64,000 nucleotides of DNA from the sequence record OQ174501.1. One strand, 5' to 3'. Positions within the stretch are counted from its first letter, which is position 1. Every line of letters begins with the position of its first letter. The position numbers and the translations under genes were made by a program. Positions 8,579 to 17,981 of this stretch are shown one piece after another. This stretch comes from Escherichia phage REP2. A model generated the notes under the pieces. The model was not told the origin of the DNA, ran no database searches, and saw only the letters and a list, made by a program, of their open reading frames with translations.

Positions 8579-11275
8579 ATGAAAGAATTTTATATCTCTA
8601 TCGAAACAGTCGGAAATAACATTGTTGAACGTTATATTGATGAAAATGGAAAGGAACGTACTCGCGAAGTAGAATATCTTCCAACTATGTTTAGACATTG
8701 TAAGGAAGAGTCAAAGTACAAAGACATCTATGGTAAAAATTGCGCTCCTCAAAAATTTCCATCAATGAAAGATGCTCGAGATTGGATGAAGCGAATGGAA
8801 GACATCGGTCTCGAAGCTCTCGGTATGAACGATTTTAAACTCGCTTATATCAGTGATACGTATGGTTCAGAAATTGTTTATGACCGAAAATTTGTTCGTG
8901 TAGCTAACTGTGACATTGAGGTTACTGGTGATAAATTTCCTGACCCAATGAAAGCTGAATATGAAATTGATGCTATCACTCATTACGATTCAATTGATGA
9001 TCGTTTTTATGTTTTCGACCTTTTGAATTCAATGTACGGTTCAGTATCAAAATGGGATGCAAAGTTAGCTGCTAAGCTTGACTGTGAAGGTGGTGATGAA
9101 GTTCCTCAAGAAATTCTTGACCGAGTAATTTATATGCCATTTGATAATGAGCGTGATATGCTCATGGAATATATTAATCTCTGGGAACAGAAACGACCTG
9201 CTATTTTTACCGGTTGGAATATTGAGGGATTTGACGTTCCGTATATCATGAATCGTGTTAAAATGGTTCTCGGTGAACGTAGTATGAAACGCTTCTCTCC
9301 AATCGGTCGAGTAAAATCTAAACTAATTCAAAATATGTATGGTAGCAAAGAAATTTATTCTATTGATGGCGTATCTATTCTTGATTATTTAGATTTGTAC
9401 AAGAAATTCGCTTTTACTAATTTGCCGTCATTCTCTTTGGAATCAGTTGCTCAACATGAAACCAAAAAAGGTAAATTACCGTATGATGGTCCTATTAATA
9501 AACTTCGTGAGACTAATCATCAACGATACATTAGTTATAACATCATTGACGTAGAATCAGTTCAAGCAATTGATAAAATTCGCGGGTTTATCGATCTAGT
9601 TTTAAGTATGTCTTATTATGCTAAAATGCCTTTTTCCGGTGTAATGAGTCCTATTAAAACCTGGGATGCCATTATTTTTAACTCATTGAAAGGTGAACAT
9701 AAGGTTATTCCTCAACAAGGTTCGCATGTTAAACAGAGTTTTCCGGGTGCATTTGTGTTTGAACCTAAACCAATTGCTCGTCGATATATTATGAGTTTTG
9801 ACTTGACGTCTCTGTATCCGAGCATTATTCGTCAGGTTAACATTAGTCCTGAGACTATTCGTGGTCAGTTTAAAGTTCATCCAATTCATGAATATATCGC
9901 AGGAACAGCTCCTAAACCAAGTGATGAATATTCTTGTTCTCCGAATGGATGGATGTATGATAAGCATCAAGAAGGTATCATTCCAAAGGAAATCGCTAAA
10001 GTATTTTTCCAGCGTAAAGATTGGAAAAAGAAAATGTTCGCTGAAGAAATGAATGCCGAAGCTATTAAAAAGATTATTATGAAAGGCGCAGGGTCTTGTT
10101 CAACTAAACCTGAAGTTGAACGATATGTTAAGTTCAGTGATGATTTCTTAAATGAATTATCGAATTACACTGAATCTGTTCTTAATAGTCTGATCGAAGA
10201 ATGTGAAAAAGCAGCTACACTTGCTAACACAAATCAGCTGAACCGTAAAATTCTTATTAACAGTCTTTATGGTGCTCTTGGTAATATTCATTTCCGTTAC
10301 TATGATTTGCGAAATGCTACTGCTATCACAATTTTCGGCCAAGTTGGTATTCAGTGGATTGCTCGTAAAATTAATGAATATCTGAATAAAGTATGCGGAA
10401 CTAATGGCGAAGATTTCATTGCAGCAGGTGATACTGATTCGGTATATGTTTGTGTAGATAAAGTTATTGAAAAAGTTGGTCTTGACCGATTCAAAGAGCA
10501 GAACGATTTAGTTGAATTCATGAATCAGTTCGGTAAGAAAAAGATGGAACCTATGATTGATGTTGCATATCGTGAGTTATGTGATTATATGAATAACCGC
10601 GAGCATCTGATGCATATGGACCGTGAAGCTATTTCTTGCCCTCCACTTGGTTCAAAGGGCGTTGGTGGATTTTGGAAAGCGAAAAAGCGTTATGCTCTGA
10701 ACGTTTATGATATGGAAGATAAGCGTTTTGCTGAACCACATCTAAAAATCATGGGTATGGAAACTCAGCAGAGTTCAACGCCTAAAGCGGTCCAAGAAGC
10801 TCTCGAAGAAAGTATTCGTCGTATTCTTCAGGAAGGTGAAGAGTCTGTCCAAGAATATTACAAGAACTTCGAGAAAGAATATCGTCAACTTGACTATAAA
10901 GTTATTGCTGAAGTAAAAACTGCGAACGATATAGCGAAATATGATGATAAAGGTTGGCCAGGATTTAAATGTCCGTTCCATATTCGTGGTGTGCTAACTT
11001 ATCGTCGAGCTGTTAGCGGTTTAGGTGTAGCTCCAATTTTGGATGGAAATAAAGTAATGGTTCTTCCATTGCGTGAAGGAAATCCATTTGGTGACAAATG
11101 CATTGCTTGGCCGTCGGGTACAGAACTTCCAAAAGAAATTCGTTCTGACGTACTGTCTTGGATTGACTACTCAACTTTGTTCCAAAAATCGTTTGTTAAA
11201 CCGCTTGCGGGTATGTGTGAATCGGCTGGCATGGACTATGAAGAAAAAGCTTCGTTAGACTTCCTGTTTGGCTGA
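8579..11275 (+). CDS. 43: DNA polymerase gp43 (family B, with 3'-5' exonuclease)
   Basis: 898 aa; exo motifs (FDIE-like, YNIIDVESV), polymerase motifs DLTSLYPS, KILINSLYG, GDTDS. Confidence 0.95.
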   Translation: MKEFYISIETVGNNIVERYIDENGKERTREVEYLPTMFRHCKEESKYKDIYGKNCAPQKFPSMKDARDWMKRMEDIGLEALGMNDFKLAYISDTYGSEIVYDRKFVRVANCDIEVTGDKFPDPMKAEYEIDAITHYDSIDDRFYVFDLLNSMYGSVSKWDAKLAAKLDCEGGDEVPQEILDRVIYMPFDNERDMLMEYINLWEQKRPAIFTGWNIEGFDVPYIMNRVKMVLGERSMKRFSPIGRVKSKLIQNMYGSKEIYSIDGVSILDYLDLYKKFAFTNLPSFSLESVAQHETKKGKLPYDGPINKLRETNHQRYISYNIIDVESVQAIDKIRGFIDLVLSMSYYAKMPFSGVMSPIKTWDAIIFNSLKGEHKVIPQQGSHVKQSFPGAFVFEPKPIARRYIMSFDLTSLYPSIIRQVNISPETIRGQFKVHPIHEYIAGTAPKPSDEYSCSPNGWMYDKHQEGIIPKEIAKVFFQRKDWKKKMFAEEMNAEAIKKIIMKGAGSCSTKPEVERYVKFSDDFLNELSNYTESVLNSLIEECEKAATLANTNQLNRKILINSLYGALGNIHFRYYDLRNATAITIFGQVGIQWIARKINEYLNKVCGTNGEDFIAAGDTDSVYVCVDKVIEKVGLDRFKEQNDLVEFMNQFGKKKMEPMIDVAYRELCDYMNNREHLMHMDREAISCPPLGSKGVGGFWKAKKRYALNVYDMEDKRFAEPHLKIMGMETQQSSTPKAVQEALEESIRRILQEGEESVQEYYKNFEKEYRQLDYKVIAEVKTANDIAKYDDKGWPGFKCPFHIRGVLTYRRAVSGLGVAPILDGNKVMVLPLREGNPFGDKCIAWPSGTELPKEIRSDVLSWIDYSTLFQKSFVKPLAGMCESAGMDYEEKASLDFLFG

Positions 11276-11288
11276 TAGAATAAATCTA

Positions 11289-11309
11289 GGGACCTCCGGG
11301 TCCCTTTTT
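11289..11309 (+). terminator. rho-independent terminator (GGGACC-UCCG-GGUCCC plus U5)
   Basis: gggacctccgggtcccttttt after the gene 43 stop. Confidence 0.7.
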
Positions 11310-11391
11310 CATACAAGTAATATAAATCTATACTTATGAAAAACAGATGATTCTGGACCTTTAGAATTCCCTAAAAAATTTTCACAAAACT

Positions 11392-11421
11392 GTTTACAAG
11401 ACTGTTCTTCCATGGTACTAT
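11392..11421 (+). promoter_or_regulatory. T4-type early promoter (GTTTAC -35, 18-bp spacer, TACTAT -10)
   Basis: gtttac 11392-11397 and tactat 11416-11421; part of a roughly 85-bp cassette repeated at 38521-38607. Confidence 0.5.
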
Positions 11422-11455
11422 ACAACTATCAACTAATACGGATTTGGAGAATAAA

Positions 11456-11692
11456 ATGAAAATTATTATGGGATGCTTAGCAGTTTGTTTAGTTGCATTA
11501 GCAGCAGTTCCATTTGTTAGTGTTGAAAATGATACTCAACCTGTGATTGAATCTAGCACCGTTATTCACACTAATGGTAAAATATCAGTTAAAATTGATG
11601 ATAATCTTCATGTGAATACAAATGGATCTTTAGGTGTGCAAATGGGTAATACCTGCATAAGCACTACTGGAGTAATTACTACTTGCATTTGA
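11456..11692 (+). CDS. hypothetical secreted small protein (signal-peptide-like N-terminus)
   Basis: 78 aa from the ATG at 11456 with GGAG SD; hydrophobic N-terminus MKIIMGCLAVCLVALAAVPF. Confidence 0.5.
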   Translation: MKIIMGCLAVCLVALAAVPFVSVENDTQPVIESSTVIHTNGKISVKIDDNLHVNTNGSLGVQMGNTCISTTGVITTCI

Positions 11693-11702
11693 GGAAATTA
11701 TT

Positions 11703-12083
11703 ATGAAAATCGCTATTTTGGTTATTGCATTAGGTCTTACTGGTTGTGTAGCTCAAGGACCGGTAGTAAATCAGTCTGATGTAGGAAAAATTGTAAATTG
11801 TTCAAGCAAATTTTATAATCCTAATGTCAAGTGTTATAAAGAAGCTCCAAAACAGACAGTAGAACAAATGCAGGCGAATTTTGACGAAGCTATTCGTCCA
11901 GATGAATCTGCTCAAGCATATCGTAATTCTGATGTAATTACACGCGAAGAAAAAATTGAAAACTACTGCGCCGAAATTTGGGCTAATTGGGCTAATAATT
12001 ACCAATGGCGTACCGGTAAAAATGCTCCGATGGAGTATGTAGTGAATTCTTATAATTCATGTGTAAAAAATTTGACTAAGTGA
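11703..12083 (+). CDS. hypothetical lipoprotein
   Basis: 126 aa; lipobox-like LTGC after a hydrophobic signal (MKIAILVIALGLTGC). Confidence 0.55.
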   Translation: MKIAILVIALGLTGCVAQGPVVNQSDVGKIVNCSSKFYNPNVKCYKEAPKQTVEQMQANFDEAIRPDESAQAYRNSDVITREEKIENYCAEIWANWANNYQWRTGKNAPMEYVVNSYNSCVKNLTK

Positions 12084-12090
12084 GGAAAAC

Positions 12091-12342
12091 ATGGAAACTT
12101 TAGTAGCAGGTTCAATTTTTATGGTTTTAGTTTCAGGTGTGTTGGCTATTATTATATACATGCTTCCATGGTTTATCGCCTTGATGCGTGGGTCAAAATC
12201 GACAGTAGGAATCTTTTTCACATCTTTACTGTTTAACTGGTCAATTATTGGTTGGTTTATTACATTTATTTGGTCAATTGCGGGTGAAACTAAAAAGTCT
12301 GCACAACCAAATCAGGTAATTATCATCAGAGAGAAGGAATGA
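12091..12342 (+). CDS. imm: superinfection immunity membrane protein Imm
   Basis: 83 aa, two hydrophobic segments, located between genes 43 and 42 as T4 imm. Confidence 0.7.
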   Translation: METLVAGSIFMVLVSGVLAIIIYMLPWFIALMRGSKSTVGIFFTSLLFNWSIIGWFITFIWSIAGETKKSAQPNQVIIIREKE

Positions 12343-12488
12343 AAAGCAAAATTATAGCAGTGTTGCTTTTAATCTTGATGATTATAATAAGTATATACTA
12401 TAGTGTAACGGTTCCTCTTATGATTCCAACTATTATTTTAGGCTGGGGTTTATTACTGTTACAAGTTAAATATGAATGTATCAATTGA
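12339..12488 (+). CDS. hypothetical small membrane protein
   Basis: 49 aa hydrophobic ORF, ATGA-coupled to the imm stop. Confidence 0.35.
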   Translation: MKSKIIAVLLLILMIIISIYYSVTVPLMIPTIILGWGLLLLQVKYECIN

Positions 12489-12495
12489 GGTTTAA

Positions 12496-13236
12496 ATGAT
12501 TAGTGACTCTATGACAGTTGAAGAAATCCGTCTTCATTTGGGGCTTGCATTAAAAGAAAAAGATTTCGTAGTTGATAAAACTGGCGTTAAAACTATTGAA
12601 ATTATTGGCGCATCATTTATAGCAGATGAACCGTTTATTTTTGGCGCTCTTAATGATGAATACATTCAGCGTGAACTTGAATGGTATAAATCTAAGAGCT
12701 TGTTCGTTAAAGATATTCCGGGTGAAACACCGAAGATTTGGCAACAAGTAGCATCTTCTAAAGGTGAAATTAACTCGAATTATGGCTGGGCTATCTGGTC
12801 AGAAGATAACTATGCCCAGTATGATATGTGTTTAGCTGAACTTGGTCAAAATCCTGATTCTCGACGTGGTATCATGATTTATACTCGTCCATCCATGCAA
12901 TTTGACTACAATAAAGATGGTATGTCAGATTTCATGTGTACTAATACAGTACAGTACCTGATTCGTGATAAGAAAGTCAATGCGGTTGTTAGCATGAGAA
13001 GCAATGATTGCTGGGCAGGCTATCGTAATGATTATGCTTGGCAAAAATACGTACTAGATAAATTAGTATCTGATTTGAATGCAGGCGACCCATCGCGGCA
13101 ATATAAAGCAGGTTCTATTATATGGAACGTTGGAAGTCTTCATGTGTACGAAAATCAGTTTTATTTAGTTGACCATTGGTGGAACACCGGTGAGACTCAT
13201 ATTGCTAAAAAGGATTATACTGGAAAATGGAAGTAA
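12496..13236 (+). CDS. 42: dCMP hydroxymethylase gp42
   Basis: 246 aa; thymidylate-synthase-like fold signatures; T4 synteny and size. Confidence 0.9.
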   Translation: MISDSMTVEEIRLHLGLALKEKDFVVDKTGVKTIEIIGASFIADEPFIFGALNDEYIQRELEWYKSKSLFVKDIPGETPKIWQQVASSKGEINSNYGWAIWSEDNYAQYDMCLAELGQNPDSRRGIMIYTRPSMQFDYNKDGMSDFMCTNTVQYLIRDKKVNAVVSMRSNDCWAGYRNDYAWQKYVLDKLVSDLNAGDPSRQYKAGSIIWNVGSLHVYENQFYLVDHWWNTGETHIAKKDYTGKWK

Positions 13237-13867
13237 ATGTGCCACATGTTTATAAGTATAAACATCCTAAAACTAAAAAGTGGTATATAGGAAGTCATGA
13301 TGGTCACAACCCGAATTATGATGGTTCGGGTGTAGTTTGGCAACATGCTAAAAAGAAATATGGAATAAAATCCTTTAATAAAGAAATATTATATGAAGGA
13401 CCAATGTTTAGACAGGTTGAAGAAATTATTTTAACTTGTTTAGATGCTGCTAATTGTCCGGATTCATATAATTTAAAGAATGAAGCATGGGGAGGAAGTT
13501 TTCCAGGCAAATTAAATGGAATGTACGGTAAAAACTATCTCCAGAAGAAAGATATAAGTGCGGAAATGCCTTTCGTGGAATCAAGCGTCCTGATCATTCT
13601 AAAAGAATGAAAGGCGAAGGTAATCCAATGTATGGTAAAAATGAGCAGGCATATGGAATTATAAATCGAGCCAAGGAAAATTCTGGTAAAACTTATGAAG
13701 AAATTTTTGGCGTAGAAAAAGCTAAAATAATTAAAGAAACGATGTCTAAAAATCGTAAAGGAAAACCTCATAATTTGATAGAAAAAATATGTCCGCATTG
13801 CGGACTAAAAGGACGTGGGCCAAATATGACAAGATACCATTTTGACAAATGTAAGGCACTTAAATGA
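13227..13867 (+). pseudogene. GIY-YIG homing endonuclease (seg-like) interrupted by a frameshift (frame 0 13227-13610, frame +2 13532-13867)
   Basis: N-terminal VYKYKHPKTKKWYIGS GIY-YIG motif; NUMOD-like GMYGKN / GNPMYGKN repeats continue across a frame change at the A5 run 13530-13534; C-terminal CPHCG..RYHFDKC zinc finger. Confidence 0.6.
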
Positions 13868-14706
13868 TTCAATTCGTAATTCCAAGTTATCAGCGTGTAG
13901 GGGCAGTTTCTGCCCTTAATATGTTTCCGACTGATTATGAACCCCATATTGTAGTGCGTGAACACGAAGAAAAAGCTTATTATGATGCTTATGGGTCTAG
14001 AGCTAAAATTATAACTATTCCTGATGATGTAAACGGAATTGCCGGTACTCGTAAAGCAATTACTGATATGTATGCAGGCCAACGAATCTGGATGATTGAC
14101 GATGATACTACTATTCGTATGAGTTCAATGCGAAAAAGAGATGACCGTCGTTGCGTGGATAAAGTCAATCAATTGACTCATGAACAGTTCTATGAATTGA
14201 TTCAATACGTCGAAGATGCCATGGATTGCGGGTATTATCACGGTCATGCTCGCCTACCAATTTTTAAAATTACTTCATCTTGGGGTAATTATCGTGAAAA
14301 TTCATATGGATTCACGAATACATGGTATGACCTTGGAAAACTTACGACAGAACAAATTGGGTATGGAAAAATTGATTTGTGCGAAGATATGTATGCATTT
14401 CTTAATTTAATTAATCAAGGTTATCCGCATTTGGCCTTGTTCAAATATCTGGTTGTATCTGGAAAAGCGCAAGCTCCTGGTGGGTGTAGTTCAATTCGTA
14501 GTAATTCTAAACATAATAGAGCGCTTGAGCAAATCAATAGAGAGTTTCCAGAGCAAGCTCGTTGGAAAACTTCTAATATCGAAAAACGAAAATCGTTGGG
14601 TGAAGAAGACGAGCCATTAAAGGTTCTTCGCATGTGTGTTTCGCGTAAAGAAAAATCAGAAGCATTTCATAAGTTTAATGCTATTCATCCAATAGCAGTT
14701 GATTAA
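13864..14706 (+). CDS. putative GT-A fold (GT2-like) glycosyltransferase, candidate DNA hydroxymethylcytosine sugar transferase
   Basis: 280 aa; N-terminal FVIPSYQR, acidic IITIPDD and DXD-type WMIDDDT motifs; occupies the slot between gene 42 and uvsX where T4 has beta-gt. Confidence 0.55.
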   Translation: MIQFVIPSYQRVGAVSALNMFPTDYEPHIVVREHEEKAYYDAYGSRAKIITIPDDVNGIAGTRKAITDMYAGQRIWMIDDDTTIRMSSMRKRDDRRCVDKVNQLTHEQFYELIQYVEDAMDCGYYHGHARLPIFKITSSWGNYRENSYGFTNTWYDLGKLTTEQIGYGKIDLCEDMYAFLNLINQGYPHLALFKYLVVSGKAQAPGGCSSIRSNSKHNRALEQINREFPEQARWKTSNIEKRKSLGEEDEPLKVLRMCVSRKEKSEAFHKFNAIHPIAVD

Positions 14707-14783
14707 TGCCTAAATTTATTGTGTTATAATTACTCTATCTTTAACCAGTGAGGAAAATATAATGATGCCTATGGAAAAAATGA

Positions 14784-15965
14784 ATGTCTATTGCAGATTT
14801 AAAATCCCGTTTGATTAAAGCTTCCACTTCTAAAATGACTGCTGAACTGACTACATCTAAATTCTTTAATGAAAAGGATGTAATTCGTACAAAAATTCCA
14901 ATGCTTAATATTGCTATTTCTGGTGCAATTGATGGCGGTATGCAGTCTGGTTTAACTATTTTCGCAGGGCCTTCTAAACACTTTAAATCAAATATGTCTT
15001 TGACTATGGTTGCGGCATATTTGAACAAATATCCTGACGCGGTTTGTCTATTCTATGATAGCGAATTTGGTATTACTCCAGCTTATTTGCGATCCATGGG
15101 AGTTGACCCGGAACGTGTAATTCATACGCCAATTCAGTCAGTTGAACAACTGAAAATTGATATGGTGAACCAGCTTGAAGCTATTGAGCGTGGTGAAAAG
15201 GTTATTGTATTCATCGACTCAATCGGTAATATGGCTTCTAAGAAAGAAACGGAAGATGCCTTGAATGAAAAATCTGTGGCAGATATGACTCGTGCTAAAT
15301 CACTGAAGTCATTATTCCGTATTGTTACTCCTTACTTTAGCATTAAAAATATTCCATGTGTTGCGGTTAACCATACAATTGAAACAATTGAAATGTTTAG
15401 TAAAACCGTGATGACAGGTGGTACAGGCGTAATGTATTCGGCTGATACTGTATTCATTATCGGTAAGCGTCAGATTAAAGATGGTTCTGATCTTCAGGGG
15501 TATCAATTTGTTCTAAATGTAGAAAAATCTCGTACCGTTAAAGAAAAAAGTAAATTCTTTATTGATGTTAAATTTGACGGTGGTATCGATCCTTATTCTG
15601 GATTGTTAGATATGGCTCTAGAATTAGGATTTGTAGTAAAACCTAAGAATGGTTGGTATGCTCGTGAATTTCTTGACGAAGAAACCGGCGAGATGATTCG
15701 CGAAGAAAAATCTTGGCGTGCAAAAGATACCAACTGCACTACATTCTGGGGTCCTTTATTTAAGCATCAACCATTCCGAGATGCTATTAAACGCGCTTAT
15801 CAGTTAGGTGCTATTGATAGTAATGAAATTGTTGAAGCTGAAGTTGATGAATTGATTAACTCAAAGGTTGAAAAATTTAAATCTCCAGAAAGTAAAAGTA
15901 AACCAGCAGCTGATTTAGAAACTGACCTCGAGCAGTTAAGTGATATGGAAGAATTTAATGAATAA
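14784..15965 (+). CDS. uvsX: recombinase UvsX (RecA/Rad51 family)
   Basis: 393 aa; Walker A GPSKHFKS, RecA-like core, acidic C-terminus. Confidence 0.9.
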   Translation: MSIADLKSRLIKASTSKMTAELTTSKFFNEKDVIRTKIPMLNIAISGAIDGGMQSGLTIFAGPSKHFKSNMSLTMVAAYLNKYPDAVCLFYDSEFGITPAYLRSMGVDPERVIHTPIQSVEQLKIDMVNQLEAIERGEKVIVFIDSIGNMASKKETEDALNEKSVADMTRAKSLKSLFRIVTPYFSIKNIPCVAVNHTIETIEMFSKTVMTGGTGVMYSADTVFIIGKRQIKDGSDLQGYQFVLNVEKSRTVKEKSKFFIDVKFDGGIDPYSGLLDMALELGFVVKPKNGWYAREFLDEETGEMIREEKSWRAKDTNCTTFWGPLFKHQPFRDAIKRAYQLGAIDSNEIVEAEVDELINSKVEKFKSPESKSKPAADLETDLEQLSDMEEFNE

Positions 15966-16302
15966 AGATGATTTAGATTTAGATCTAGAAATTATCGATG
16001 AATCCCCCTCTTCGGAGGGGGAAGAAGAAAGAAAAGAACGTCTTTTTAATGAATCTCTTAAGATAATTAAATCTGCCATGGAAAATGTTATCCAGGAGAT
16101 TGTCATTAAACTAGAAGATGGTTCTACACACATTGTGTATGTGACAAAATTAGATTGGGTTGATGGAAAGGTTGTAATGGACTTTGCTGTTCTTGACCAA
16201 GAAAGAAAAGCTGAGTTAGCTCCTCATGTAGAAAAATGTATTACAATGCAACTACAAGATGCATTTAATAAAAGGTCAAAGAAAAAATTTAAATTCTTTT
16301 AA
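15958..16302 (+). CDS. 40: gp40 head vertex assembly protein (small early protein between uvsX and 41)
   Basis: 114 aa from the ATG at 15958, overlapping the uvsX stop; T4 synteny. Confidence 0.5.
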   Translation: MNKDDLDLDLEIIDESPSSEGEEERKERLFNESLKIIKSAMENVIQEIVIKLEDGSTHIVYVTKLDWVDGKVVMDFAVLDQERKAELAPHVEKCITMQLQDAFNKRSKKKFKFF

Positions 16303-16311
16303 GGAGTAAGT

Positions 16312-17739
16312 GTGGTAGAAATTATTCTTTCTCATCTTATATTTGATCAAGCTTATTTTTCAAAAGTTTGGCCATATATGGATTCAGAATATTTTGAAAG
16401 TGGTCCAGCTAAAAATACATTCAAATTAATTAAATCTCATGTTAATGAGTACCATAGCGTTCCATCTATTAATGCGCTAAATGTTGCATTAGAAAATAGT
16501 TCATTTACTGAAACAGAATATTCTGGTGTAAAAACACTTATTTCAAAACTGGCTGATTCTCCAGAAGACCACAGCTGGTTAATAAAAGAAACAGAAAAAT
16601 ATGTTCAGCAAAGGGCGATGTTTAATGCTACGTCTAAAATAATCGAAATTCAAACCAATGCTGAGCTTCCTCCAGAAAAACGAAATAAGAAAATGCCAGA
16701 TGTAGGTGCTATTCCTGACATCATGCGCCAAGCATTATCAATTTCATTTGATAGCTACGTTGGCCATGATTGGATGGATGACTATGAAGCACGTTGGCTA
16801 TCTTATATGAATAAAGCTCGTAAGGTTCCATTTAGACTCAAAATTCTAAATAAAATTACAAAAGGCGGAGCTGAAACAGGAACACTGAACGTTTTAATGG
16901 CTGGCGTTAACGTTGGTAAATCATTAGGACTTTGTTCATTAGCAGCAGATTATTTGCAGCTTGGTCATAACGTTCTTTATATCTCCATGGAAATGGCAGA
17001 AGAAGTCTGTGCTAAACGTATTGATGCTAATATGCTTGATGTTTCTCTTGATGACATTGATGATGGACATATTTCTTACGCTGAGTATAAAGGAAAAATG
17101 GAAAAATGGCGTGAGAAATCTACTCTCGGTCGTTTAATCGTTAAGCAATATCCTACTGGTGGAGCAGACGCTAATACATTTCGATCACTTTTAAATGAAT
17201 TGAAGCTCAAAAAGAATTTTGTTCCAACAATCATTATTGTCGACTATCTAGGTATTTGTAAATCTTGCCGCATCAGAGTTTATTCAGAAAATAGTTACAC
17301 AACTGTTAAAGCTATTGCAGAGGAATTACGTGCTCTGGCTGTTGAAACAGAAACTGTTCTTTGGACTGCAGCACAGGTTGGTAAACAAGCTTGGGACTCT
17401 TCTGATGTTAACATGAGTGATATCGCAGAATCTGCTGGTCTTCCAGCAACAGCTGATTTTATGCTTGCAGTCATTGAAACCGAGGAGCTAGCAGCTGCTG
17501 AACAACAACTCATTAAGCAAATCAAATCACGATATGGTGATAAGAATAAGTGGAATAAGTTTTTGATGGGTGTTCAAAAAGGAAATCAAAAATGGGTAGA
17601 AATTGAACAAGATTCTACTCCAACAGAAGTGAGTGAAGTAGCGGGTTCACAACAGATTCAGGCTGAACAGAATCGCTATCAAAGAAACGAATCAGCTCGA
17701 GCTCAGTTAGATGCTTTGGCAAATGAATTAAAATTTTAG
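16312..17739 (+). CDS. 41: replicative DNA helicase gp41 (DnaB family)
   Basis: 475 aa; Walker A GVNVGKS; GTG start preceded by AAGGAG. Confidence 0.9.
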   Translation: MVEIILSHLIFDQAYFSKVWPYMDSEYFESGPAKNTFKLIKSHVNEYHSVPSINALNVALENSSFTETEYSGVKTLISKLADSPEDHSWLIKETEKYVQQRAMFNATSKIIEIQTNAELPPEKRNKKMPDVGAIPDIMRQALSISFDSYVGHDWMDDYEARWLSYMNKARKVPFRLKILNKITKGGAETGTLNVLMAGVNVGKSLGLCSLAADYLQLGHNVLYISMEMAEEVCAKRIDANMLDVSLDDIDDGHISYAEYKGKMEKWREKSTLGRLIVKQYPTGGADANTFRSLLNELKLKKNFVPTIIIVDYLGICKSCRIRVYSENSYTTVKAIAEELRALAVETETVLWTAAQVGKQAWDSSDVNMSDIAESAGLPATADFMLAVIETEELAAAEQQLIKQIKSRYGDKNKWNKFLMGVQKGNQKWVEIEQDSTPTEVSEVAGSQQIQAEQNRYQRNESARAQLDALANELKF

Positions 17740-17768
17740 TTTACAAGCTGACAAGACTATGGTATAGT
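17739..17768 (+). promoter_or_regulatory. T4-type early promoter embedded in an inverted repeat (PeSL-like)
   Basis: gtttac 17739-17744, tatagt 17763-17768; caagacta/tagtcttg inverted repeat flanks the -10. Confidence 0.5.
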
Positions 17769-17797
17769 AGTCTTGTTGGTTAAATGAGGAGATTGTT

Positions 17798-17980
17798 ATG
17801 GAATTGGTAAAGGTAGTTTTTATGGGGTGGTTTAAGAATGAAAGCATGTTTACTAAAGAAACCACAATGATGAAAGATGACGTTCAATGGGCTACTACTC
17901 AATATGCTGAAGTTAATAAAGCATTAGTTAAAGCTTTCATTGATGACAAGAAAGTATGTGAAGTAGATTGCCGAGGATAA
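17798..17980 (+). CDS. dmd: Dmd-like protein (antitoxin against host RnlA/LsoA, T4 gene 61.5 position)
   Basis: 60 aa ORF immediately downstream of gene 41, same size and position as T4 dmd. Confidence 0.55.
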   Translation: MELVKVVFMGWFKNESMFTKETTMMKDDVQWATTQYAEVNKALVKAFIDDKKVCEVDCRG

Positions 17981-17981
17981 T

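Noticed and set aside
9683-9970. Antisense ORFs inside gene 43 (9683-9970, 10157-10342, 10775-10981)
   Set aside because: Embedded in the opposite strand of a well-supported polymerase gene, no RBS, low-complexity translations; typical AT-rich genome artefacts
13768-14082. Minus-strand 104-aa ORF overlapping the 3' end of the GIY-YIG gene and the start of the GT-A gene
   Set aside because: Antisense to two supported plus-strand genes; no RBS
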